The notes under the pieces: generated by a model
Databases searched by the model: none
What the model was told of the DNA's origin: nothing
What the model saw: the letters and a program-made list of their open reading frames with translations, nothing else
Shown: one piece after another, positions 1-7,441 of the stretch
Position numbering within the stretch: the stretch's first letter is position 1
Layout: each line of letters starts with the position of its first letter
Made by a program: the position numbers and the translations under genes
Origin: Vicinamibacteria bacterium
GTDB lineage: Bacteria > Acidobacteriota > Vicinamibacteria > Vicinamibacterales > UBA8438
NCBI GenBank assembly: GCA_022820675.1
Contig: JAJEFC010000073.1
Location: 10,330-42,329, forward strand
Reading direction: 5' to 3'
DNA: 32,000 nt

Positions 1-28
1 GATTCGCAACGACATCACGGGAGGCGCC

Positions 29-1333
29 ATGAGCGGCCAGCCCCGAAGCGTCGATCAATCCGACCGCACCGTGCCGCTCAACCTGCGCCAGAGCGGCCGC
101 ACCCCCACCGAGCTGCTCATCTCGACGCGCGTGCGGAAATCGCCTTATTGGCACCTGTCCCACGCCGCGGGCTGCTGGCGGGCCACCGTCTACAACCGCG
201 TGTACCATCCGCGCGGCTACGTGCGGCCCGAGGACGGCGGCGCCGCGGCCGAGCACGAGGCCCTGACGAAGCACGTCACCCTGTGGAACGTCGCGGTCGA
301 GCGGCAGGTCCGGGTCGCGGGGCCCGACGCGGAGCGGTTCGTCGACTACGTCGTCACCCGCGACGCCACCCGCATCGAACCCATGCGCGCCCGCTACGTC
401 ATCCTCTGCAACGAGAAGGGCGGCATCCTGAACGATCCGGTGCTGCTGCGCCTCTCGCGCGACGAGTTCTGGTTCTCGCTGGCCGACTCCGACCTGCTGT
501 ACTGGCTGCAGGGCGTCAACGTGGGGCTGCGCAGGGACGTGGCGATCGACGAGATCGACGTCTGCCCCGTGCAGATCCAGGGGCCGAAGTCGCTCGCCCT
601 GATGGTCGACCTCGTCGGCGAAGCGATGCGGGACATCCCCTACTACGGCCTCCTCGAAGCCGAGATCGCAGGCTGCCCGGTGGTCGTCTCCCAGACCGGC
701 TTCTCGGGCGAGAAGGGCTACGAGATCTACCTCCGCGATGCGACCCTGCACGCCGAGGCGCTGTGGCGCGCGGTGATCGAGGCGGGCCGGGCGCACCGGC
801 TCCAGGTCATCGCCCCGGGCCATCAGCGGCGCATCCAGGCCGGCATCCTGTCGTGGGGCCAGGACATGGACCACGAGACGACGCCGTTCCAGTGCAACCT
901 CGCCTACCAGGTGCCGCGGAAGAAGACAGGCGACTACATCGGCCGGGCCGCCCTCGAGCGCATGCGGGCCGAGATCGAGGCGGGGCGGCCGCCGTTCAGG
1001 ATGACGATGGTGGGCATGACCCTGGGCGGGAAGCCCATCGACGACTATGCGCCGGACTTCTGGCTGGTCTAGGACGCCGGCGGCGGGGACCCCATCGGGT
1101 ACCTGACCTCGCCCTGGCACTCGCCCGAGCTGGGGTGCAACATCGCCCTCGGCTACGTGCCGGTCGGCCGGTCGGCGGTCGGCACCGAGCTCCGCGTGTG
1201 GCTGCCCGACGAATACGCCAGCAGACCGGGGCAGCCCGACCGGGCGCGGGTGTGCGAGGTCCCGTTCCGGCCCTCGGTCAACCCGAGCGCGCGCGAGCTC
1301 GCCCACGCCCGCGGCGAGGACGCGGCGGACTAA
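29..1333 (+). pseudogene. GcvT/DmdA-family (tetrahydrofolate-dependent) aminomethyltransferase, interrupted by a single in-frame TAG at 1070-1072
   Basis: The track ORF 29-1072 has an RBS (GGGAGG) 4 nt before the ATG. After the TAG the same frame stays open to TAA at 1331-1333. That stretch encodes DAGGGDPIGYLTSPWHSPELGCNIALGYVPV..., the typical GcvT C-terminal barrel motif (xG.vTS..sP.l...IAL.yv). I verified the frame arithmetically (1073 to 1331 is 258 nt). Confidence 0.75.
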
Positions 1334-1594
1334 CCCGCCCATCGTTGCCTACGGCTCGGCTGGGCGCCCAACCAACCCTGCTCGGACGCTGCACCGTTCT
1401 GCGGCGCGGACTCCGAGCCCGCCAACCGTCGCCTGCGGCTCCGCCGGGCGGCCGACCAACCCTGCCGGGAGCCTGCGCTTCCCGCGGGTGGCGGACTTCC
1501 GCCGCGCATCCCCTTGGCGCCCTCCAAAATGACTTACTCCCCTCCCCTGAAACCGACCGGGTGGCGGAGTTCCGCCGGGCATCCCCTTGGCGCC
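1334..1594. repeat. Degenerate tandem repeats of about 75-85 bp in a convergent intergenic region
   Basis: The unit starting cccgcc(c/a)a(t/c)cgt(t/c)gcct at 1334 recurs at 1418. The 36-mer gggtggcgga(c/g)ttccgcc(g/c)(c/g)gcatccccttggcgcc occurs at 1486-1521 and 1559-1594 with 2 mismatches. Confidence 0.7.
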
Positions 1595-1684
1595 AGACCA
1601 CGCGGCGAGCTCGCAAGACGAGTCGTCGCCCCGGGAACGTCCCGGAAGCGACGGCGTCCGCGCCCAGCACACGGGTGCTCCGCG

Positions 1685-1864
1685 TCAGCCCATCCAGAAG
1701 CCCTTCCGGTGGGAGACGCCGAGCACCTTGTGGCAGCCGGCGCAGAAGTACACGTAGCGCTTGCCGAGGAATCCGGACAGGGACCGGTACTGGATGGCTC
1801 GCAGCGGCTCGTTGCAGTGCGGGCACACCGGGGTGACGTCGTTGCGTTCTTCGCTCTGGATCAT
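1685..1864 (-). CDS. Small zinc-ribbon protein (59 aa, CPxC...CxxC), function unknown
   Basis: This is an internal ATG (1862-1864) of track ORF 1685-2221, preceded by AGGGAG 5 nt upstream. The translation is MIQSEERNDVTPVCPHCNEPL...YFCAGCHKVLGVSHRKGFWMG, with two Cys pairs. The upstream part of the track ORF looks like GC-driven noise. Confidence 0.55.
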   Translation of the reverse strand: MIQSEERNDVTPVCPHCNEPLRAIQYRSLSGFLGKRYVYFCAGCHKVLGVSHRKGFWMG

Positions 1865-2285
1865 CGGGCTCCCTTCGCTTTCGGGATCTACGCGGCGCCC
1901 CGGTTGGGTATTCGACCACCCGCGCGGCGGCGGCCGAGCCGCGTGGCCATTTCGCTCGCGCCCCACGCGGCTCGGCGGGTTGACGCCCGCCGGGGTAACG
2001 CGCCCGGCCCACGATCGAGCGAGACCGGCAGACTCGGGGGGTGCACGTCGGATTCCTGAGTGGCCGCCACGCTGGGCTGTCAGGCTCCCGATTCTCGGTG
2101 TTCTCGGCTGCGAAACCCCTCCGGAACGCGCCGTCCCGGCCTCGGCGGTACGGTTTGCGGGCCGCGTCTCGCTTTCTTGACGCGCGCCCGGCGTCGGGGC
2201 GCCGCTTGCACGAGGAGGCAACCGGGTCCATCATGGGGGCGGACGGCTGCAGGCCGGCTGCACCAAGCACGAAGAGGAGGTTCAG

Positions 2286-3293
2286 ATGAGCCGACGTTGT
2301 CTCGTTGCCGTACTCGTCGTGACGGCGGGGCTCGCGCTTTCGCCGCGACCGGCGGAGGCACAAGCGGAGGAGGCGGCGGAATCGCTCCGGACCGGTTGGG
2401 GCGAGCCCTCCCTGCAGGGCATCTGGGACTTCCGCTCCATCACGCCGCTGCAGCGGCCCGAGCGATACGCGGAGCGCGAGTTCCTCACCGAAGAGGAGGC
2501 GGCGGGCCTGGAGCAGGCCACCGTCGACCGCGAGCTCGAGCTGCTGCTTCGGCCCCCGCGGCGGACCCGGGCCGGGACCAGCGTCGACCGCGGCGAGGAC
2601 GGCGCGCTCGGCGCCTACAACGACTACTGGCTGGACCGGGGGACGACCACCCAGACCACGCGGCGCACGTCGCTCATCGTGGACCCGCCGAACGGGCGCA
2701 TGCCGCCCCTGACGGCCGAGGCCGAGCGGCGGCGGGCCGAGCGAGCCGCGTACCGGCGCGAGCACCCCGCCGACTCGTGGGAGGACCGCGGCCTGAACGA
2801 CCGGTGCATGTTCACCACCGGCCTGCCCATGGTCCCGAGCGCCTACAACAACAACGTGCACATCTTCCAGACCCCGGACCACGTGGCGATGGTCATCGAG
2901 ATGACGCACACCCTGCGCGTCGTGCCCCTCGACGGGCGCCCGCGGTCCGACCAGCCGATCCGGCAGTTCTCCGGGCAGTCGCGCGGCCACTGGGAGGGCG
3001 ACACCCTCGTCGTCGAGACCATGCACTTCAACCGCCTGACCAGCCTGCGGGGCTCGACCCCCGAGGCCCGGCTCGTCGATCGCTTCACGCGGGCCGCCCC
3101 CGACCTCATCGAGTACGAGTTCACCATCGAGGACCCGGCGACATGGACGCGTCCGTGGACGGCGCGGGTCGAGCTGAAGAGGACCGACGAGCCCCTCTAC
3201 GAGTACGCCTGCCACGAGGGCAACTACTCGATGGAGGGCATCCTGGCCGGCGCGCGGGCGGAGGAGCGGGCGGCGGCGGCGGGATTGCGCTAG
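2286..3293 (+). CDS. Secreted conserved hypothetical protein (signal peptide, C-terminal YEYACHEGNY motif)
   Basis: There is a strong RBS (GAGGAGG) 5 nt before the ATG. The signal peptide is LVAVLVVTAGLALSPRPAEAQA. The composition is non-repetitive and protein-like, and the ORF ends in TAG. I do not recognise the family by eye. Confidence 0.7.
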   Translation: MSRRCLVAVLVVTAGLALSPRPAEAQAEEAAESLRTGWGEPSLQGIWDFRSITPLQRPERYAEREFLTEEEAAGLEQATVDRELELLLRPPRRTRAGTSVDRGEDGALGAYNDYWLDRGTTTQTTRRTSLIVDPPNGRMPPLTAEAERRRAERAAYRREHPADSWEDRGLNDRCMFTTGLPMVPSAYNNNVHIFQTPDHVAMVIEMTHTLRVVPLDGRPRSDQPIRQFSGQSRGHWEGDTLVVETMHFNRLTSLRGSTPEARLVDRFTRAAPDLIEYEFTIEDPATWTRPWTARVELKRTDEPLYEYACHEGNYSMEGILAGARAEERAAAAGLR

Positions 3294-3485
3294 ACGGCGC
3301 CGAGACCCCGGCACGGGGTGTGCTCGGCATCTTCCGTCGTCGCGGCTACCAGCACGACGACGGGAAAGGCGTCGATGGCGCGCTTCAGCAGTCCGGCCGC
3401 ATGGCGAGGCAGATACTGAATGTCGACCACGGCATGGGCGATTATCGCCCTTGTCATGGGCAACAGACAAGGCGCCTCGGCGGAA

Positions 3486-3557
3486 CGTGACACGGTTGAC
3501 GGCGCCCCGCTGCTGCCCGGATTCCGTCTGCCGGTCGAGGAGATCTTCGCGCTGTAG
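3486..3557 (+). pseudogene. Possible 3' remnant of an Uma2-family (DUF820) endonuclease gene
   Basis: The frame ending at TAG 3555-3557 reads ...RDTVDGAPLLPGFRLPVEEIFAL*. This resembles the characteristic Uma2 C-terminus (..LPGF.L.v.elF). No upstream body is present, because a TGA at 3417 closes the frame. Confidence 0.3.
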
Positions 3558-3745
3558 CCGGCTGACACCGACCGCCGACGCCGCGCATGCCCACGCTCCG
3601 ACCTGCCGATGGCTCCGAAGCTGGTAGCCACATCGTGCTTCGCGCCGCCGGATCGTTCCGGCGCCAGGATCAGAGCCGTCGGATCGTTCCGCGGTTCCGC
3701 CAGCGGAGCGCCGCGAGAGTCTCGCCTGAAGCCAAGGAGAACAAC

Positions 3746-4930
3746 ATGCAGGGTCGTGCCCGCTGGATGATGATGACGAATCCGGTCCCCTCGACGAGGC
3801 GGCATCACCACGCCGTGATCGCCGTGGTGCTCGCATACCTGTGCGCACCGCCAGCCCTCGCCCAGTCGGCGGCCCCGGCGGCGGTGGCGCCCGCGCCGCT
3901 GCACTACGCCGAGGTGGTCGAGGAGGCGCGTGCGCTGGTGCGGACGGACATCGCCGAGCGCGGCTATCCCGGCATCGCGATCGCGGTGGCGGTCGACGGC
4001 GAGACGGTGTGGTCGGAGGGCTTCGGCTACGCCGACCTCGAGCACCGGGTCCCGATGTCGCCGGCGGTGAAGTTCCGCGTCGGCAGCATCTCCAAGTCGC
4101 TGACGGCGGCGGCGGTGGCGAGCCTGGTCGAGGACGGCCGCCTCGACCTCGACGTGCCGGTCCAGACGTACGTCCCGTCGTTCCCCGAGAAGGCGCACCC
4201 GGTCACAACGCGGCAGCTCGGCGGCCACCTGGGCGGGATTCGCCACTACCGGGGGAACGAGAACTTCATCCGCGACCCCTACGCGACGGTGGTCGACGGA
4301 CTGTCCATCTTCGCCGACGACCCGCTGCTGCACGAGCCGGGCACCGCGTTCTCGTACACGAGCCACGGCTTCAACCTGCTCAGCGCGGCGGTCGAGGGAG
4401 CGGCCGGACAGCCGTTCCTCGATTACATGCGCGACGCCGTCTTCCGTCCCCTCGGAATGCGCGACACCGTCGCCGACTTCGTGACCCCGATCATCCGCGG
4501 ACGGACCCGCTACTACGTGCGGGACGACGAAGGGCGGGTGGTGAACGCGCCGTTCGTCAACAACAGCTACAAGTGGGCCGGCGGCGGCTTCCTGTCGACG
4601 ACGGAGGACGTGCTGCGCTTCGCCAACGCCCATCTCGACGACGGGTTCCTGTCGAAGTCGTCGCGGGAGCTGCTCTTCACCGAACAGAAGACTCGCGACG
4701 GCGAGGGCGTGGGCTACGGCCTCGGGTGGTTCATCCGGACCCGCGACGACGGGCAGCGCCTGCTGTCCCACTCCGGCGGATCGGTCGGCGGCACGTCGCT
4801 GATGGTCATGGAGCCCGACACGCGGGTCGTCGTGGTGGGACTCATCAACCTGACCGGCGCGAACAACAGCGTCGTGCGCGAGGTGCTCGACCGGTTCATC
4901 GAGGCGGCGGCCGCCGCGACGGAGCATTGA
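3746..4930 (+). CDS. Serine hydrolase, class C beta-lactamase/penicillin-binding-protein-related family, secreted
   Basis: AAGGAG lies 7 nt before ATG 3746, an internal start of track ORF 3587-4930. A signal peptide is present. The family motifs are S-x-x-K (SISKSL), a YxN-like FSYTSHGFN and HSGGSVGG. Confidence 0.85.
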   Translation: MQGRARWMMMTNPVPSTRRHHHAVIAVVLAYLCAPPALAQSAAPAAVAPAPLHYAEVVEEARALVRTDIAERGYPGIAIAVAVDGETVWSEGFGYADLEHRVPMSPAVKFRVGSISKSLTAAAVASLVEDGRLDLDVPVQTYVPSFPEKAHPVTTRQLGGHLGGIRHYRGNENFIRDPYATVVDGLSIFADDPLLHEPGTAFSYTSHGFNLLSAAVEGAAGQPFLDYMRDAVFRPLGMRDTVADFVTPIIRGRTRYYVRDDEGRVVNAPFVNNSYKWAGGGFLSTTEDVLRFANAHLDDGFLSKSSRELLFTEQKTRDGEGVGYGLGWFIRTRDDGQRLLSHSGGSVGGTSLMVMEPDTRVVVVGLINLTGANNSVVREVLDRFIEAAAAATEH

Positions 4931-4961
4931 GCCGCCGCCGGACGGCCGCCGGCCCGTCGCC

Positions 4962-5240
4962 TCAGGACGACGGGAGCCGGAAGTTGACGGTCACCGTCAG
5001 CAGGACGGAAACGGGCACCCCGTCTGCCGGCGCGGGCTCGTACCGCCAGTGCTCGACCGCGGCGACCGCCGTCTCGTCCGGTAGCGGCACTGAACGCGAT
5101 ATCTCGACGTCGCTCACCTCGTCCGTCGGGCCGAGAGTGACATCCATGATGACGACACCCTGAGCTCGGGCTGCCCGGGCCTCGGGGGGATAGACCGGAT
5201 CGACACCGCGGACCGTGGTAGATTGGCACGTCAGACGCAT
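4962..5240 (-). CDS. TonB C-terminal domain only (92 aa), probably a truncated tonB remnant
   Basis: DPVYPPEARAARAQGVVIMDVTL...AAVEHWRYEPAPADGVPVSVLLTVTVNFRL matches the TonB_C consensus. There is no N-terminal TM or Pro-rich region and no further upstream start in the ORF. Its ATG lies 18 nt from the divergent start at 5258. Confidence 0.6.
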   Translation of the reverse strand: MRLTCQSTTVRGVDPVYPPEARAARAQGVVIMDVTLGPTDEVSDVEISRSVPLPDETAVAAVEHWRYEPAPADGVPVSVLLTVTVNFRLPSS

Positions 5241-5257
5241 GGTGACGGAGTGAAGCG

Positions 5258-6550
5258 ATGAGCAGCTCGTTGTCGAGAGTCCTTGCCTGGACCGTCGTGC
5301 TGTCGGCGTTCGTGGCGGCGAGTCCGCTCCAGGCGGCCGCGAACGAAGGCGGAACGGCGCCCGAGCACCCCACGTTCACCCGCGACGTGCTGCCCATCCT
5401 GCAGCGGTCCTGCCAGACGTGCCACCGGCCCGACATGTTCACGCCGATGTCGCTGCTGACCTACGAGGAGGTGCGGCCGTGGGCGCGGGCGATCAGGCAG
5501 CGGGTCGAGGAGCGGGTCATGCCGCCGTGGTTCGCGGACCGGACGGTGGGCCGGTACCGCGACGACCCGTCGCTGAGCGAGGCGCAGATCGCCACCATCG
5601 CCCGCTGGGTCGACCAGGGCGCCCCCCGCGGGAACCCCGCCGACGCGCCGCCGCCGGTCGAGTGGCCGGCCGTCGACACGTGGTACCACGGCGAGGAGCC
5701 GGACCTGGTCGTCACCAGCCCGCCGGTCGTGGTGCCCCCCAACTCGACCGAGACCTATCCCGAGCCGGAGATGTCGACCGGGCTCACCGAGGACCGCTAC
5801 ATCAAGTGGATCCAGGTCATGCCGGGCGAGTCGCGCGTCGTCCACCACGTGCTCGTCTACGCGGTGCGGGGCGGAGAGGACGGGGCGGCCGACGACGGCG
5901 CGCCGAGCGGGGTGCGCGAGCTGCTGGCCAACCGCGCGCGCGGCGACTTCGTCGGCGACCACTTCGAGGACGGCTACGCGCGGCTGCTGCGCAAGGACGA
6001 CCGCATCCGGCTTCAGCTCCACTACCTGCCCGACGACGAGCGGAGCTTCACCGACCAGACGAGCGTGGGCATCAAGTTCTACCCCGCGGGCTACGAGCCG
6101 GAGTACGTGGTGAGGACGAGGGCGGTGTCCAACCGCGCCGACCTGATCATTCCCCCGGGCGCGCCGAACGTGCGCAGCGACGCCTACTTCACCCTGCCCG
6201 AGGCGACCCGCATCATCAGCTTCCAGCCGCACATGCACTACCGGGGCAAGGCCATGACCCTGGAGGCGATACGGCCCGGCAGCGCGACCCCCGAGCTGCT
6301 GAGCGACGTCGACCGGTTCGCGTGGGACTGGCAGCCGACCTACGTGTACGAGACGCCGCTCACCCTGCCGGCGGGCACCGTCATGCACGTCACCGCGTAC
6401 CACGACAACTCGGCCGCCAACCGGGTCAACCCCGATCCGGACGCGGCGGTGGGCTGGGGCCAGCGGACCATCGACGAGATGAACATCGGCTGGCTCGACT
6501 ACTTCCACATCTCGGAGGAGGAGTACGCCGAGCTGCAGGCGGAGGAGTAG
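5258..6550 (+). CDS. Secreted haem-c (CxxCH, PSCyt1-like) domain fused to a PHM/DBH-like copper monooxygenase fold (cassette copy A)
   Basis: GGAG lies 7 nt upstream of the ATG and a signal peptide is present. The motifs are FTRDVLPILQRSCQTCH, then HH (196/197), H255, HxH (325/327 in QPHMHYRG) and M408 (IDEM). It is a paralogue of 26085-27530. Confidence 0.8.
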   Translation: MSSSLSRVLAWTVVLSAFVAASPLQAAANEGGTAPEHPTFTRDVLPILQRSCQTCHRPDMFTPMSLLTYEEVRPWARAIRQRVEERVMPPWFADRTVGRYRDDPSLSEAQIATIARWVDQGAPRGNPADAPPPVEWPAVDTWYHGEEPDLVVTSPPVVVPPNSTETYPEPEMSTGLTEDRYIKWIQVMPGESRVVHHVLVYAVRGGEDGAADDGAPSGVRELLANRARGDFVGDHFEDGYARLLRKDDRIRLQLHYLPDDERSFTDQTSVGIKFYPAGYEPEYVVRTRAVSNRADLIIPPGAPNVRSDAYFTLPEATRIISFQPHMHYRGKAMTLEAIRPGSATPELLSDVDRFAWDWQPTYVYETPLTLPAGTVMHVTAYHDNSAANRVNPDPDAAVGWGQRTIDEMNIGWLDYFHISEEEYAELQAEE

Positions 6551-6554
6551 CCGC

Positions 6555-7043
6555 ATGCGCCGGGCCGCCGTCGTTCTCGCGCTGGCGGGCGCCGCCGTCG
6601 TTCTCGCGCTGGCGGGCGCCGCCGCGTCCGCCGGGGCCCAGCCCCGGCACCCCGTCTACCTGATCTACGACGGCTTCATCGTGAACGCCGACGGCTCGCG
6701 GACGCTGGCGTTCGGCTACCACAACCTGAACCACGTCGACGTGACCGTCGACGGCGAAGACAACGCGTTCCTCGCCGGCGCGGCCGACCGCAGCCAGCCC
6801 ACCGTGTTCCGGCCGGGGCGGCACCGGTTCGCCTGCGTCATGGTCGTGCCGGACGGTCTCGACGCCCGGTTGCAGTGGCGCGTGCGCTTCGCCGGTCACA
6901 CGTCCACGACGACCCCCCGCATGCTGGACCCTCTCTACGCACTGGAAGAGGCGAGCGCGCGGCGGGCGGTCGAGGGCATCGTGGTCGACGGGTCGCCCCC
7001 GGGAACCTGCCTGGAGCGGGTGGCTTCGGGCGAACGGCCATAG
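6555..7043 (+). CDS. Secreted partner protein of cassette A (unknown family, beta-rich), short form
   Basis: It starts 4 nt after the upstream stop, and the GGAGGAG RBS lies inside the upstream gene's end. A signal peptide is present. The mature N-terminal ~110 aa are homologous to 27668-28585 (PVYLIYDGF..DGSRTLAFGY.. versus VVPAYEGWE..DGSFNLVFGT..; QPTVFRPGRHRF versus QPTWFLPRRNRF). Confidence 0.7.
   Translation: MRRAAVVLALAGAAVVLALAGAAASAGAQPRHPVYLIYDGFIVNADGSRTLAFGYHNLNHVDVTVDGEDNAFLAGAADRSQPTVFRPGRHRFACVMVVPDGLDARLQWRVRFAGHTSTTTPRMLDPLYALEEASARRAVEGIVVDGSPPGTCLERVASGERP
6564..6617. repeat. Perfect 27-bp tandem duplication (2 copies) inside the signal peptide of 6555-7043
   Basis: gccgccgtcgttctcgcgctggcgggc occurs at 6564-6590 and again at 6591-6617, giving AAVVLALAG twice in frame. 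Confidence 0.95.
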
Positions 7044-7441
7044 GCGAACGGCCGCACGGAAGCCGACCACGACCGGGCCAACGCCGAGAGGGTAAGCGCA
7101 ATCCGGCCTCCGAACGTCTACCATGCAGCAGGTTTGCCGCCGCGGACTCACGAACGGCTACGATCCTCGCGCCAGCAGCCTCGGCGGCGGCGACCAGCGG
7201 GTCGCGTTCGACGCCCGACCCGACGCCGGCCTCCGCTACTGTCGCGAGGACTCGGGGTTCCGTGTCTTCGCGCCGCCGCCGAGGCGAGAGGGCGGTGAAC
7301 GCGCAGACGCCGCGGATGTCATAATCCACCTTCGTTCGTGAGCTGGTCGAGGAAGCAGTACGTCCACACTGGAGGAGCTTCGATGCGGAACCCCCGATTC
7401 ATGATTGCCCGCTCGACGTCGACGGATCGACGCCGGTCGAC

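Noticed and set aside
3437-3451. The near-palindrome gggcgatTatcgccc in a locally AT-richer patch.
   Set aside because: It is a single short occurrence inside overlapping remnant-like ORFs, with no second copy and no adjacent gene start to regulate.
3300-3470. A minus-strand reading MTRAIIAHAVVDIQYLPRHAAGLLKRAIDAFPVVVLV that resembles the N-terminus of DUF4143/AAA ATPases (..FPVV.L.G.RQ.GKT).
   Set aside because: The Walker A that should follow is absent (VAATTEDAEH), the frame ends after 55 codons, and it overlaps another candidate remnant. It is too short and degenerate to call.
1278-3848. Very long track ORFs, for example 1278-3848(-), 148-1836(+), 3290-4927(-), 5231-6556(-), 7319-9874(-), 9217-11736(+), 9929-11743(-), 11670-14033(-), 14863-18975(-) and 24620-26224(-).
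   Set aside because: Their translations are Arg/Pro/Gly/Ala-rich low-complexity strings lying antisense or out of frame to genes with clear family motifs. This is typical open-frame noise in ~70% GC DNA, and I found no recognisable domains.
7044-7441. Possible gene remnants in the 400-nt gap before the OMP gene, such as minus-strand MNRGFRIEAPPVWTYCFLDQLTNEGGL and MDYDIRGVCAF....
   Set aside because: I recognise no family motif, and the fragments are short and in different frames. They could be decayed sequence, but I cannot support a call.
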